A stretch of DNA of 63,036 nt, filler included, from an uncultured archaeon (GCA_903842985.1; 5 parts of 5 records of this genome joined end to end with filler, not necessarily neighbours in it); one strand, 5' to 3'. Shown: positions 8,472-18,600, counted from the first letter of the whole stretch. Made by a program: numbers and translations. Notes: a model not told the origin generated them from the sequence alone.

Positions 8472-9390
8472 TCTTGCCAATCAGTTCACAGCTCTTGCAC
8501 AGCTCATTTGCAGAAGGCTCTCCGCATGATTTGCAGATTCTGAGCTTCCCTGAATATTTCTTCCTCAGCATCGGAAGAATATCAATAAAAGAAGCGACAA
8601 CCGAATGCTTTGTTCCTGCATATTTCCCGTCAAAATCATTCAGCATGTTTCGCATCGCCCTTCTGTAGGCGTCAACAGAGCAGGGGCATTTCTCATAAAT
8701 AACAGGAAAATCCATGAGCTTTGAAAAAGCAGAAACTTCCTGCTCTGTCATGAAATAAAGCGGTTTTATCCTTGGGACAAATCCCGCCAAATCTGGGCTT
8801 TTTGGGCCAAGCCTAGCAAGAACCTTGACATTATTTTTGAAAATATTCATCAAAATGCTCTGCGCCTCATCATCGAGATTGTGCCCTGTTGCTAATTTTG
8901 TTGCCTTCAGCTCTTTTGCCTTTTTGTTAAGGAGGTATCTTCTCAGAATCCCGCAGATTGTGCAGGAATTGTAATCAAAACCCCTTGACTTAAGAACAGA
9001 TTTCATATAACAGAGCGAATATCCAAATTCCTTTCTAAAAGATGTCTCATAAAGTTTTATTTTCTCCTTTTTGCAGAACTTCCGGACATTCAGCAGGTTC
9101 TTTTTTGCATAATCTCCGATTGAAGTGTCAATTGTGATTGCATAAACATTCAGCTTTATCTCCTTTGCAATCTTGTTAATCAGATAAAGCACAGTTGTCG
9201 AGTCCTTTCCGCCCGACGCTGCAACAAGGATATTCTCTCCCTTTACAAAAAATTCATTCAGCCTGATTGTTTTCCTCACTTTTTTCTCGAAATACTCGAG
9301 AAAATGCTTCCTGCACAGCTTTCTTTTGTTCTCGTAAATAGTTATGACTGGATTTTCCCTGCAGTTCCTGCATTTTATTTCCTTTTGCAT
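8461..9390 (-). CDS. ttuA: tRNA 2-thiolation protein, TtuA/Ncs6/CTU1 (TIGR00269) family
   Basis: N- and C-terminal Zn fingers, SGGKDS PP-loop, CTICGILRR, TGHNLDDEAQS, CP. Confidence 0.92.
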   Translation of the reverse strand: MQKEIKCRNCRENPVITIYENKRKLCRKHFLEYFEKKVRKTIRLNEFFVKGENILVAASGGKDSTTVLYLINKIAKEIKLNVYAITIDTSIGDYAKKNLLNVRKFCKKEKIKLYETSFRKEFGYSLCYMKSVLKSRGFDYNSCTICGILRRYLLNKKAKELKATKLATGHNLDDEAQSILMNIFKNNVKVLARLGPKSPDLAGFVPRIKPLYFMTEQEVSAFSKLMDFPVIYEKCPCSVDAYRRAMRNMLNDFDGKYAGTKHSVVASFIDILPMLRKKYSGKLRICKSCGEPSANELCKSCELIGKIKN

Positions 9391-10184
9391 AGCTTGATTG
9401 TCTCCTTTATCTCGTCTTCGTCATAATAAATCAACGGCCGAAGTATTAAAAGTTTTGTATCATAATCATTGACATTGTCAATTGTGTCATTCACCACAAT
9501 TGCCTTTGCCATTTTCTCTGTTTCTTCAAGATTTTTTATTTTCACAAGCGCAAGCTCATGCGGGCTGAACATCTGCAGCCCTGACAAGTCAAAATCAGAA
9601 TAAGAAACCGGGATTATCGCGCAGCCTCGTTTCATTGCAAGCCAGCAGGCTGCAATTGATTTCTCGTCCTCAAGAAGGCAGACTGCCTTTCCCTCTACGC
9701 CAACAGGCATCCCCCCAAATCCTTTTACCTTTTCAAAAAATACATATGCCTTGTCCATTATCTCAACCTGGATGTTCAGGTCAAAGTTCTTCAAATCAAC
9801 CTTCTTTCCAAGCTCAACAACGCAGGCGCCGAGCTCGCCTGCAAAATCCTGAGATGTTTTACCGAAATTCTTGTTCAGTCTCTGCACAGTCACCCTGAAT
9901 GTTTCAAATTTTTTGCCTTTAATCAGCTCAAGTATTTTTTCCTTCACTTTTTCAATCTCTGTTTCGTGCGCAATGCTAAAATTTGCAATGCCAAAGACAT
10001 TTTTCAGGAAATCTGAGATATCTTCAGCGCATTCTACAATTATTCTCCCCTGGTATCTCCGCACATCTGCTTCAATCCCCTTTCTCTGCAGGGGAAATTT
10101 GATGTTGCCGACTAATGTGTTCTCGAACATCCCTCTGTTCTTTCCCTTCAGCCCTATCTCGGCGAATCTTACTATGTAAATCAT
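9375..10184 (-). CDS. ThiI-like THUMP protein with degenerate PP-loop domain
   Basis: EIGLKGKNR..FE, THUMP, GFGGMPVG.EGK, AMKRG, ILRPL retained; SGGIDS replaced by EDEKS; only about 270 aa. Confidence 0.85.
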   Translation of the reverse strand: MIYIVRFAEIGLKGKNRGMFENTLVGNIKFPLQRKGIEADVRRYQGRIIVECAEDISDFLKNVFGIANFSIAHETEIEKVKEKILELIKGKKFETFRVTVQRLNKNFGKTSQDFAGELGACVVELGKKVDLKNFDLNIQVEIMDKAYVFFEKVKGFGGMPVGVEGKAVCLLEDEKSIAACWLAMKRGCAIIPVSYSDFDLSGLQMFSPHELALVKIKNLEETEKMAKAIVVNDTIDNVNDYDTKLLILRPLIYYDEDEIKETIKLCKRK

Positions 10185-10232
10185 CCATATCAAAAGCGCA
10201 AGAAAATTTATAAAGCTATTGAAATTAAAAAA

Positions 10233-10574
10233 TTAATATGCATCTGAGAGATGCGAAAGAATCTTCTCCCTCAAAACATCTTCTGGCTCAATCCCGACAA
10301 TCCTGCCGACTTCCATCCCATTCTTGTAGACAATTATGCACGGCACTCCCTTTAGATTATTGTGTTCAGCAAGCTTTTTTTCCTTGTCTATGTCAACTTT
10401 TCCGAATTTCACCCTGATGCTCAGCTCCCTTGCAACCTTCTCAAAAACAGGCTCCATTCTCGCGCAGAACCTGCACCAGCTTGCATGGAAATACAGCACA
10501 AATGCCCTGCTGGTTTTTAGCTCAGACTCATAATTTTGATGCGTGACTTCAATCACTTTTCTCACCCTTTTCAA
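10233..10574 (-). CDS. trxA: Thioredoxin
   Basis: FHASWCRFC active site, GVP cis-Pro motif. Confidence 0.9.
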   Translation of the reverse strand: MKRVRKVIEVTHQNYESELKTSRAFVLYFHASWCRFCARMEPVFEKVARELSIRVKFGKVDIDKEKKLAEHNNLKGVPCIIVYKNGMEVGRIVGIEPEDVLREKILSHLSDAY

Positions 10575-11115
10575 GCAGCCTCATATTCTCATCAATGAAT
10601 CTTGGCCTTATATTTTCCTTTATTGACTGCAAAATGCTCTCCTTCTTTAAAGGGATTGCACCTTTGCCAAGCGCATATCCCAGGAGGAATATGTTTGTGC
10701 CTGTTATTGCTCCTGTCTCTGCCCTGACAATCTTGTCAGCGTCAATAACATATGCCTTTTTTGCAACCTTTTCTATTTTTGCGACTATCTCCTTAAGTTT
10801 GGATTCTGAACGGAACACCTTTGAATTCAAGATAACAATTGTTTCCTTGTTTGCATAGTAGCAGGCGCGCAGCGCCTCCACTGCCTCGAATGCAATTATC
10901 AAATCCGCCTCGCCCCTTGAAACAAGCGGCGAAAATATTTTTTTGCCGAATCTCACATGGCAGTCGAGCGAACCGCCCCTCTGCGCAAGCCCGTGAAGCT
11001 CTGTCTCCCTTACATCGTTCCCTTCTTTCAGGCTAGCGCCCACAATTATCTCTGTGGCTGTCAGGATTCCCTGCCCGCCGTAGCCGGCAACTATCAGGTT
11101 AAAGTTATCTTTCAT
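10549..11115 (-). CDS. iorB: Indolepyruvate:ferredoxin oxidoreductase beta subunit
   Basis: GYGGQGIL, ELHGLAQRGGS..HVRFG, EALR motifs. Confidence 0.92.
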   Translation of the reverse strand: MKDNFNLIVAGYGGQGILTATEIIVGASLKEGNDVRETELHGLAQRGGSLDCHVRFGKKIFSPLVSRGEADLIIAFEAVEALRACYYANKETIVILNSKVFRSESKLKEIVAKIEKVAKKAYVIDADKIVRAETGAITGTNIFLLGYALGKGAIPLKKESILQSIKENIRPRFIDENMRLLEKGEKSD

Positions 11116-12887
11116 TTTGAAATCTCAATGCAGCTTGGCACAATCTGCTTGCAGACAGTGCAGCCCCAGCAAATGTCCTTGTCAATGAACCATTTTCCGT
11201 CTTCCTTCTGTATTGCAGGGCAGCCGAAATTCTTCAGCTCCTCCAGCTTTGAGTCCTGCTTTACAATCTCAAACTTCGGAAGCATTATTCCTTTGCGAGC
11301 TGCGTTCCTCACGACAACAAGCCTGCATTCGCCATTTGCAACAAGCACTGAAACGCCTTTTACAGCATACGCTTCCTTTATGTCATTGCAGAGCTGGTCA
11401 AAACTGTAGACATTTGATGACTTTACAAAATCCGCCTTCAGCGCCTTTGCAATCTCCGCTATGTCAACTGACTTTGCCTCCTCCTGCATTGCATTTATCC
11501 CTGTATTCGGGTTTGGCTGGTGCCCTGTCATTGCAGTCCACCTGTTGTCAACGATAATCACCAGCGCATCTGCCTTGTTGTAGACAAGATTCAGCAGTGC
11601 AGGCATTCCTGCGTGGAAAAATGCTGAATCGCCTATGAAAATGACTGGCTTTTCGCCTGTTGTCTTTGAAATTCCGTGGCCTATCCCCACTGAAGCGCCC
11701 ATGCTGACAACAAAATCCTGCATTTCAAGCGGAGAGAAGATGCCAAGCATGGAGCAGCCGATGTCGCCTGAAAAAATTTTCCTGCCAAGCACTTTTTTGA
11801 CTGCATAAAGTGTCGAGCGGTGCGGACAGCCCGGACAAAGGAATGAAAGCCTTTTTTCAACCTCAATCTGAGGCGGTTTTGGAAGCGTTATGCCCAAAAT
11901 CTTTGCAATCCCCTCAAGGACCTGCTCAGGCTTGATTTCGCCTGTCTCTGAAAATACATCCTTGCCGTGGATTTTGATTGAATCAATTTTTCTTATCTCC
12001 TCCTCGATGAATGGGTCAAGCTCTTCGATAACTATTGCCTGGCAAACGTTTTTCAGGAAAGATTTTACCAATTTTTCGGGGAAAGGGTAGCACAATCCAA
12101 TTTTCAGAATTGGAAGCTTCAGGTTTAGCTTTTCAAGCACCTCCTTCACATACTCGTAAGTCACGCCTGATGTGATGATGCCAGTCATGCCTTCTGATTT
12201 TTCAATAAAATTAAGTTTTGAGCTTTCGCTCAGCTTGCCAATCTCAGAAATTTTCTCGAGAATATTTTTGTGAAGCTCAACTGTCCTTGCAGCACCAAGC
12301 TTAAATTCAAATTTCTTGAATTTCCCCTTGGCTGGCTTGATTATTAGGCCAAAATCAACCAATGACCTTGAATAGCAGACCCTTGTGGACATTCTCAGTA
12401 TGACTGGAATCTTGTACTGCCAGGCGATTTTGAACGCCTCCTTTGTCATCTCCTTTGCTTCCTGGCTGTTGCTCGGTTCAAGAATAGGAATCTTGCCCAG
12501 CTTTGAAAACCATCTTGAGTCCTGCTCTGTCTGGATGGAGCTGAAACAGCCTGGGTCGTCTGTTACGACAACAACAAGCGGGCAGGAAAGGTATGCAAGC
12601 GGAAGAAGTGAATCAAGCGCAACATTTAATCCATAGTGCTTTACGCTTACTATTGATTTTACTCCAGAAAAAGCAGCTCCTGCTGCCGCCTCAAGCGCGA
12701 TTTTCTCGTTTACAGACCACTCAAAATAAATTCCTGTCTCTTTTGCAACTTCGGCAAACACCTCTCCAATTTCTGTTGCAGGTGTTCCTGGATAAGAAAA
12801 AGCGCATCCGATGCCTGACTCGAGCGCGCCTCTTACAACTCCGTCGTTTCCGCTAAGAAAGCCTCTTTTTTTGTTTAGTATTTCCAT
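11112..12887 (-). CDS. iorA: Indolepyruvate:ferredoxin oxidoreductase alpha subunit
   Basis: YPGTPATEI, WSVNEK, KHYGLNVALD, LCPGCPHR, GDIGC, GDS..TAMTGHQP TPP site. Confidence 0.95.
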   Translation of the reverse strand: MEILNKKRGFLSGNDGVVRGALESGIGCAFSYPGTPATEIGEVFAEVAKETGIYFEWSVNEKIALEAAAGAAFSGVKSIVSVKHYGLNVALDSLLPLAYLSCPLVVVVTDDPGCFSSIQTEQDSRWFSKLGKIPILEPSNSQEAKEMTKEAFKIAWQYKIPVILRMSTRVCYSRSLVDFGLIIKPAKGKFKKFEFKLGAARTVELHKNILEKISEIGKLSESSKLNFIEKSEGMTGIITSGVTYEYVKEVLEKLNLKLPILKIGLCYPFPEKLVKSFLKNVCQAIVIEELDPFIEEEIRKIDSIKIHGKDVFSETGEIKPEQVLEGIAKILGITLPKPPQIEVEKRLSFLCPGCPHRSTLYAVKKVLGRKIFSGDIGCSMLGIFSPLEMQDFVVSMGASVGIGHGISKTTGEKPVIFIGDSAFFHAGMPALLNLVYNKADALVIIVDNRWTAMTGHQPNPNTGINAMQEEAKSVDIAEIAKALKADFVKSSNVYSFDQLCNDIKEAYAVKGVSVLVANGECRLVVVRNAARKGIMLPKFEIVKQDSKLEELKNFGCPAIQKEDGKWFIDKDICWGCTVCKQIVPSCIEISK

Positions 12888-12889
12888 TC

Positions 12890-13675
12890 TTACCTGACTG
12901 ATTTCTTTTTATATTTATATAAATCTTTTCTTTTAAGATAGATAAGCATGCCGATTCCAACCATCGCCATAGGGATGCAGAGCCACTGGCCTGTTGTCAG
13001 CCCAAGGAACATGCCATCAGGCTCCTTGACAAACTCTATGAAAAACCTTATCACGCCGTACATTGAAATAAATGACCAGAAAATAAATCCAGGAGGAATT
13101 TTCCTGTCTTTCAAAATCCACAGGACACCGAAGATGAAAAAATTCTTAAATGACTCATAAAACTGCGACGGATGTCTGTAGCCTTCAACACCTGGGAACT
13201 TGACTGCCCATGGAACATCAGTTATCCTGCCGTAAACCTCTCCGTTAAGAAAATTTCCAATCCTGCCAAGACCGAGACCGATTGCAGCCGGGATAACAAC
13301 GAGGTCTGCAATGTCATAAAACTTAATCTTCTTTCTTCTGCAGAAAATCCAGGCTGCAATTAAAATTCCGGCCAGCCCGCCGTGAAATGACAGACCGCCG
13401 TGCCATACTGCGGGCATCTCAAGCGGGTTTGCAAGATAATACTTAAGCCCGTAGAAAACAATGTAGAAAATCCTTGCTCCAACAACCAACCCAATCAAGA
13501 TGTAAAAAAGCAGGTCAGCAACATCCTCCTTTGTAATCTTCAGCTTTCTCTTCTTTGCAAGATAAGAAACCATGAAATAAGTTATTATGAATCCAATGAT
13601 GTAAATAAGTCCATAGTACCTTATCTCAAAAGGTCCCAAAGTAAACAATGTTGGATCTATTTTGCTTTCAAACAT
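12890..13675 (-). CDS. lgt: Prolipoprotein diacylglyceryl transferase (bacterial type)
   Basis: IRYYG, GARIFY, WHGGLSFHGG, GRIGNFLNGEVYGR, RHPSQFYE, RFFIEF Lgt signature motifs. Confidence 0.95.
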   Translation of the reverse strand: MFESKIDPTLFTLGPFEIRYYGLIYIIGFIITYFMVSYLAKKRKLKITKEDVADLLFYILIGLVVGARIFYIVFYGLKYYLANPLEMPAVWHGGLSFHGGLAGILIAAWIFCRRKKIKFYDIADLVVIPAAIGLGLGRIGNFLNGEVYGRITDVPWAVKFPGVEGYRHPSQFYESFKNFFIFGVLWILKDRKIPPGFIFWSFISMYGVIRFFIEFVKEPDGMFLGLTTGQWLCIPMAMVGIGMLIYLKRKDLYKYKKKSVR

Positions 13676-14034
13676 CTTTTTTTGTAGTCTTTGATTGCTT
13701 CCTTTAGCGCATCAACTGCCAGAACAGAGCAGTGTATCTTATTTTCAGGCAGACCGCCAAGCTGCTTCACAACCTTCTCCTTTGTAAGCTTCTCTGCCTC
13801 TGAGAGCTTTTTGCCTTTTGCCATTTCAGTTGTTATGGAAGCGGATGAAATTGCTGCTGCGCAGCCGAGTGTCTTAAACTTTATCCCAGAAATCCTGTTG
13901 TCTTTCACTTTTATGAAAACTTCTGTTGTGTCGCCGCAGACAGGGTTCCTTATTTTCCCGACTCCGTCTGCATTCTTTATCTCTCCGACATTCTTTGGGT
14001 TCTTGAACAGCTGCATTACTTTTTTCGAGTACAT
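13657..14034 (-). CDS. iscU: Fe-S cluster scaffold IscU/NifU-N
   Basis: NPKNVG, NPVCGD, GCAAAISS, LPENKIHCS. Confidence 0.95.
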   Translation of the reverse strand: MYSKKVMQLFKNPKNVGEIKNADGVGKIRNPVCGDTTEVFIKVKDNRISGIKFKTLGCAAAISSASITTEMAKGKKLSEAEKLTKEKVVKQLGGLPENKIHCSVLAVDALKEAIKDYKKRCLKAK

Positions 14035-15188
14035 CAAAGCCTCCTGATAAGCTTCTCAATGGGGCTTATCCTCCTTAATTTCTGCAATATTTTTGGAAGA
14101 AGCGAAAGCACCCTGTCAATCTCCTCTTCTGTTGTGTATTTGCTTATGCTGAACCTTAAAGAGCCATGCGCCTCCTCTGGCTTCAGCCCTAATGCAAGCA
14201 GAACATGGCTTGGCTCGAGTGAAGCGGATGAGCAGGCAGAGCCTGTTGAAACGCAGATTCCGCTCGAATCAAGATAGGAGCCAATTGCCTCGCCTTCAAC
14301 TCCTGCAAATGAAAAGTTTGCATTGTTGCACAGCCTGTTTTTCATCGGGCCGTTGAGCCTGGTGTTTGGAATTTTCAGAACCCCTTCGATAAGCCTGTCC
14401 CTCAGCTTCTCCATCTTTTTGGTGTTTGCAAAATTTGCAATCTTCACTGACTCTGCAAACCCGACAATTCCCGGAATGTTCTCTGTCCCGCCTCTCCTGT
14501 ATTTTTCCTGTCCGCCGCCGTGCGCAACAGGAGTTATCTTTATTCCGCTCCTGATGTAAAGCGCGCCCACGCCCTTTGGCCCATGAATTTTGTGCGCGTT
14601 TAATGTTACAAGGTCAAGATGCTGGTTAGCGACATTAATCGGGACTTTTGTGTAGCTCTGGCATGCATCTGTGTGGAAAAGAACCTTGTGCTTCCTGCAG
14701 ATTTTTCCAAGCTCCTCAAGATTCTGTATTGTGCCTATCTCATTGTTTCCGTGAATAACAGAGAAAAGAACAGTCTGCTTTGTTATTGCCTTCTCCAGTT
14801 CCTTTGGATTTACAAATCCTTCCCTGTCAACATTAAGGTAAGTTATTTTATATCCCTTGGTTTCGAGCCACTTGCTCGCATTCATGATGCATGCGTGCTC
14901 GATTTTTGTTGTTATTATGTGATTTCCTTTTTCTTTGTTCGCGAACAAAACGCCTTTCAGCGCAAGGTTGTTGCTTTCTGTCCCGCCAGATGTGAATACA
15001 ATCTCGTCGTCCTTTGCATTAATCGACTTTGCGATAACCCTTCTTGCATCATCAAGCGCCATTTTAGCTTCCTGCCCGAGCCCATGGGCAGAAGATGCGT
15101 TCCCGAATTTCTCCTTCAGATAAGGAAGCATTGCTTCTATCACCTTCGGGTCTGGCTTTGTTGTCGCGGCATTGTCAAGATAAATCAT
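14034..15188 (-). CDS. iscS: Cysteine desulfurase IscS/NifS
   Basis: IYLDNAATT, FTSGGTE, AHKIHGPKG (PLP Lys), STGSACSS; start moved to ATG 15188. Confidence 0.96.
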   Translation of the reverse strand: MIYLDNAATTKPDPKVIEAMLPYLKEKFGNASSAHGLGQEAKMALDDARRVIAKSINAKDDEIVFTSGGTESNNLALKGVLFANKEKGNHIITTKIEHACIMNASKWLETKGYKITYLNVDREGFVNPKELEKAITKQTVLFSVIHGNNEIGTIQNLEELGKICRKHKVLFHTDACQSYTKVPINVANQHLDLVTLNAHKIHGPKGVGALYIRSGIKITPVAHGGGQEKYRRGGTENIPGIVGFAESVKIANFANTKKMEKLRDRLIEGVLKIPNTRLNGPMKNRLCNNANFSFAGVEGEAIGSYLDSSGICVSTGSACSSASLEPSHVLLALGLKPEEAHGSLRFSISKYTTEEEIDRVLSLLPKILQKLRRISPIEKLIRRL

Positions 15189-15535
15189 TTTAAGCACACC
15201 TCGCATTCCTTTGAATGGCCTCTTGCCTTGTGAATCTGGCATATCACTTTTTTCTGCCTTGCAATCTCGCAAATTCTTCTCAGTTCAGTCATCAGCTGGC
15301 TGTTGTCAGCAATTATTTTTTCAGCTGATTTTCCAATCTCCTGCTTTATCTCAGAATCAAATTCAATCTCCATTGCCCTTTTTTCCTTTAGATACTGCGA
15401 AACAGCTGATTCTGCCAAGCTCAGGATTCTTGCTATCTCATTTTGCTTCATGCCTTTTGCTGACATTGCCTTTGCAAGCTCTTTCCTTATTGCAGGCAGT
15501 ACATACCAAATTTCTATTTCCTGAGGCATTAACAT
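15185..15535 (-). CDS. HTH transcriptional regulator with Cys/His-rich C-terminus (archaeal COG2522-like)
   Basis: PQEIEIWYVLPAIRKELA..QNEIARILSLAESAVSQYLKEKRA; C-terminal C..CQIH..CEVC. Confidence 0.85.
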   Translation of the reverse strand: MLMPQEIEIWYVLPAIRKELAKAMSAKGMKQNEIARILSLAESAVSQYLKEKRAMEIEFDSEIKQEIGKSAEKIIADNSQLMTELRRICEIARQKKVICQIHKARGHSKECEVCLK

Positions 15536-15538
15536 GAA

Positions 15539-15558
15539 AAGTTCACAATCGTGAACTT
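15539..15558 (-). promoter_or_regulatory. Operator of the HTH-isc operon
   Basis: Perfect inverted repeat AAGTTCAC-AATC-GTGAACTT between TATAAATA and ATG 15535. Confidence 0.75.
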
Positions 15559-15644
15559 ATATTTATAGTTTTCTCTTTAAAAACAACAAAATTTATATAC
15601 CACGTCTCTATTACCAAGTGGCAATTTGGGTGGTTTTGACAAAA

Positions 15645-18600
15645 ATGAGTAAAAACACAATAAGATACGCTCTAGTCTTTGTAATGCTTCTTATATTCAC
15701 AGCCTCTGCATTTGCATTGAATGAGGATTTTGATGCGCGTTCGCAAAAAAGCACTGTTTTCGCGTGTTCAGGCGCAATAAGCACAGACGCGCTGATTGTT
15801 CAGAACACAGGGGATGTGGCAAGCGCCTATTCAATTGAAGCTTCTGGTGAAATGGCGCAGTATGCAACTTTTGCTGAAAATAAATTCAGCCTGGAGCCCG
15901 GCGAAACTAGGGTTGTGGATTATTTCATAAATCCGCCGCAGGGCGAAGGAAGCTACAGCCTGAAAACAGAGCTAAAAACAATTTTCGGTCTTTCAAAAAT
16001 AATCACGCAGGATGTTAAGATAGAGAAATGTCTGGACATTAATCTTTATGTGAAGGACAGCAAAAAGGAAAGCTGCCCATGCGACCCCGTCAGGTATGAA
16101 TTTGTACTGAGCAACAACGGGCCTGTGGTGGAATCCTATAATTTCCAGCTCTCGCAGTACTCAGAATATGCAAGCTTCTCTGAAAATCCGGCGATTCTCG
16201 GGCCTGGCGAAAGTGCTGACATTTTCCTTTTCTTGAATCTTCCTTGCAGCATTTACGGAGAAAAGACAATTGAGCTTGTTGCAAATGCTGAAAAATCAGG
16301 ATATATGGGAATTGTTCCATTGAACCTGAACATCGACCAGGGCTGTTATGATTATTCGATAAGCGCAAATGGCGTTTCAATGTGCAATTTTGAATCGCTC
16401 AGCTCCACAATAGCAATAAACAATGCTGCAGAGGTGTCAAATACATATGACCTTAAGTTAATCGGTGCGGGATTCGCGAAACTTGAGAATGACGCTTACC
16501 TTGTCCGCCAGAAAAGTTCTGGAACACTTCCTCTGCTGATAAATACACAGAATGTCCCTTCAGGAAATTACAATTTCACACTTAAATCTGTAAGCGAAAG
16601 GGGTGATTTAGAAAAAACATCAGACATAGCAATCGGCGTGCAGAATTGCTACAGCCTTGAAATGTCTATTGAAAAGGTCTATGACGAGCTGGTTAACTGC
16701 GAAAAAATTAGCTATAATATTAATGTTAAAAATCCTGGAACAAAATCAAACAGCTATCAGCTTGCGCTTGACGGTTCTGGGATGTTCAGCCTTTCCAAAA
16801 ATTGGATTACAATCGCTCCAAATTCAAATGAAAATGTCCTGCTGAATGTTGATGTGCCCTGCAATGAAACAGTGAAGAAATATGCAAAAATAACTGCAAC
16901 GCTTCTAAACAAGTCAGTTTCAAAGGCAATAAGGCTTGAATACAACATCAATTCAATTGCAGACAGCTACATGGTTGAGTTTGGGGTTCCTGAAAAAACA
17001 ATAGATTACCAGACAAAAAGCATTCCTATTGTAATCAAGAATACGGGCATAAGAAAAGGAACATACCTGTTGACTGTTAATGGTCCGGCGTGGGTAAATC
17101 TGGATGAAAATAAGATCACGCTTAATCCTGGAGAAGGAAAAGAGCTGCAGCTTCTTACAAGCCATTCTGACGAAGTTAAGGAAGGAAAGTACAAGATTGA
17201 CTTGATTGGCCAACTTGAAGGCTCTGATGTCGCATACAAAAACACATTCAATTTGAAATTAATAAGAATACCACTTACCACAAAGATATACAACAAGACA
17301 AAGGATTTCCTAAGCCTTTACTGGCTGTTTATTGTTCTTGGCATAATTGTTTTGATAGCGCTGATAGCTGCTATAGTTGCGCTTAGAAAATTTGCAAAAG
17401 TGATGAAGGAAAGAAGGACTAGAAAGGCTGAACTTGTAGGTGAGGAAACACTAAGGCTGAGAGAAGATGCAAGGAAGCCGAAGTTTTGGAAGGCGCTTCT
17501 TTGGATTTTCCTTATCTTATTGCTCCTGGGCCTGATAATTTTGGCGTATTCAGCATGGCCTGCGATTTCAGGAGTACTTGGAGAGAAGAATGCAACAGGA
17601 GAAAAAATTACAATAACGCCGAAAGCGAAGATGCTTATTGACACAAGCAAACTCAGCGTCATCGGCAAGATATTGATAATTGACAAAAGCGAAACAATCC
17701 AGGTGACTGTAAAGAACAATGAAAACAGGAGCGTGGCTTACACGATAAGTGCAAATGTGCCGTGGATAGAATTGAGCACGGAGAGGATAGAGCTTGAACC
17801 TGAAGAAGACAAGCTGTTCTTCATGACAATTGCGCCTCCTGAATCAGGGATACACCGCGTCATTATAACTTTGGAGAATGAAGGCAAAACATACAAAGAG
17901 GAGCTTGGCCTTACTGTAATAAACAGGGATTACTTTGTAAAATACTGGGGCTGGCTTGTTGGCGGGCTTGTACTGCTTATTGTTCTGCTCATTTCGTTCA
18001 GGAAAAGAAACAGATTAAAGGTAAAGGAAGAGAAGATTGAGTTCAGGAAGACAAGGGAAAGTAAGATGCTCAAAAGAATAGGCCTTGCAGTTCTAATAAT
18101 TCTTTTGCTTGCAAACATCGGTTACCTTGTTTATAACAATCTTAAAACGACACCAAATGTTGAGTTTGGCGACGCCAAGAATGAGACATTTAAGCTAGAC
18201 ATAAACAAAAACGAAAAAATAGTGCTGCCTGTGACATTCAAGAACAAATTTGATGACGAAGTTTTATACAGGATAAATACGAGCGAAAGCTGGATGGAGT
18301 CCAGCTCAAAGAAATTCAGGCTTGCAACAAACGAATCAAGATTTGTTACAATAGTCATGGCGCCTGGTGATGATGTTGACAATGGACTTTATGATGTCCT
18401 GGTGAGCGCAGAGGTTGAAAATCAGAACATTAAGTACACAAAAACAATTTCGCTCTATGTCAAAAACAAGTCTATGCTTGAGACATTCCTCTACTGGGTT
18501 CTTGTGATACTGGTATTGATACTTGTAGCTGTTGCACTTTCTAGGTTCAAGAAGAGCCATATAAATAGGGCAATGATTGTAGAAGAGTTAAGAGAGGAAG

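Noticed and set aside
12890..13675. Bacterial contamination as the source of lgt
   Set aside because: The gene overlaps its neighbours on a contig with archaeal core genes and has similar composition.
15189..15272. N-terminal extensions in the ORF track (iscS, DP2, DP1, SpoIIM, rpl14, rpl24, gpmI, transketolase)
   Set aside because: They arise from upstream alternative starts overlapping neighbours or promoters; homology begins at the downstream ATG.
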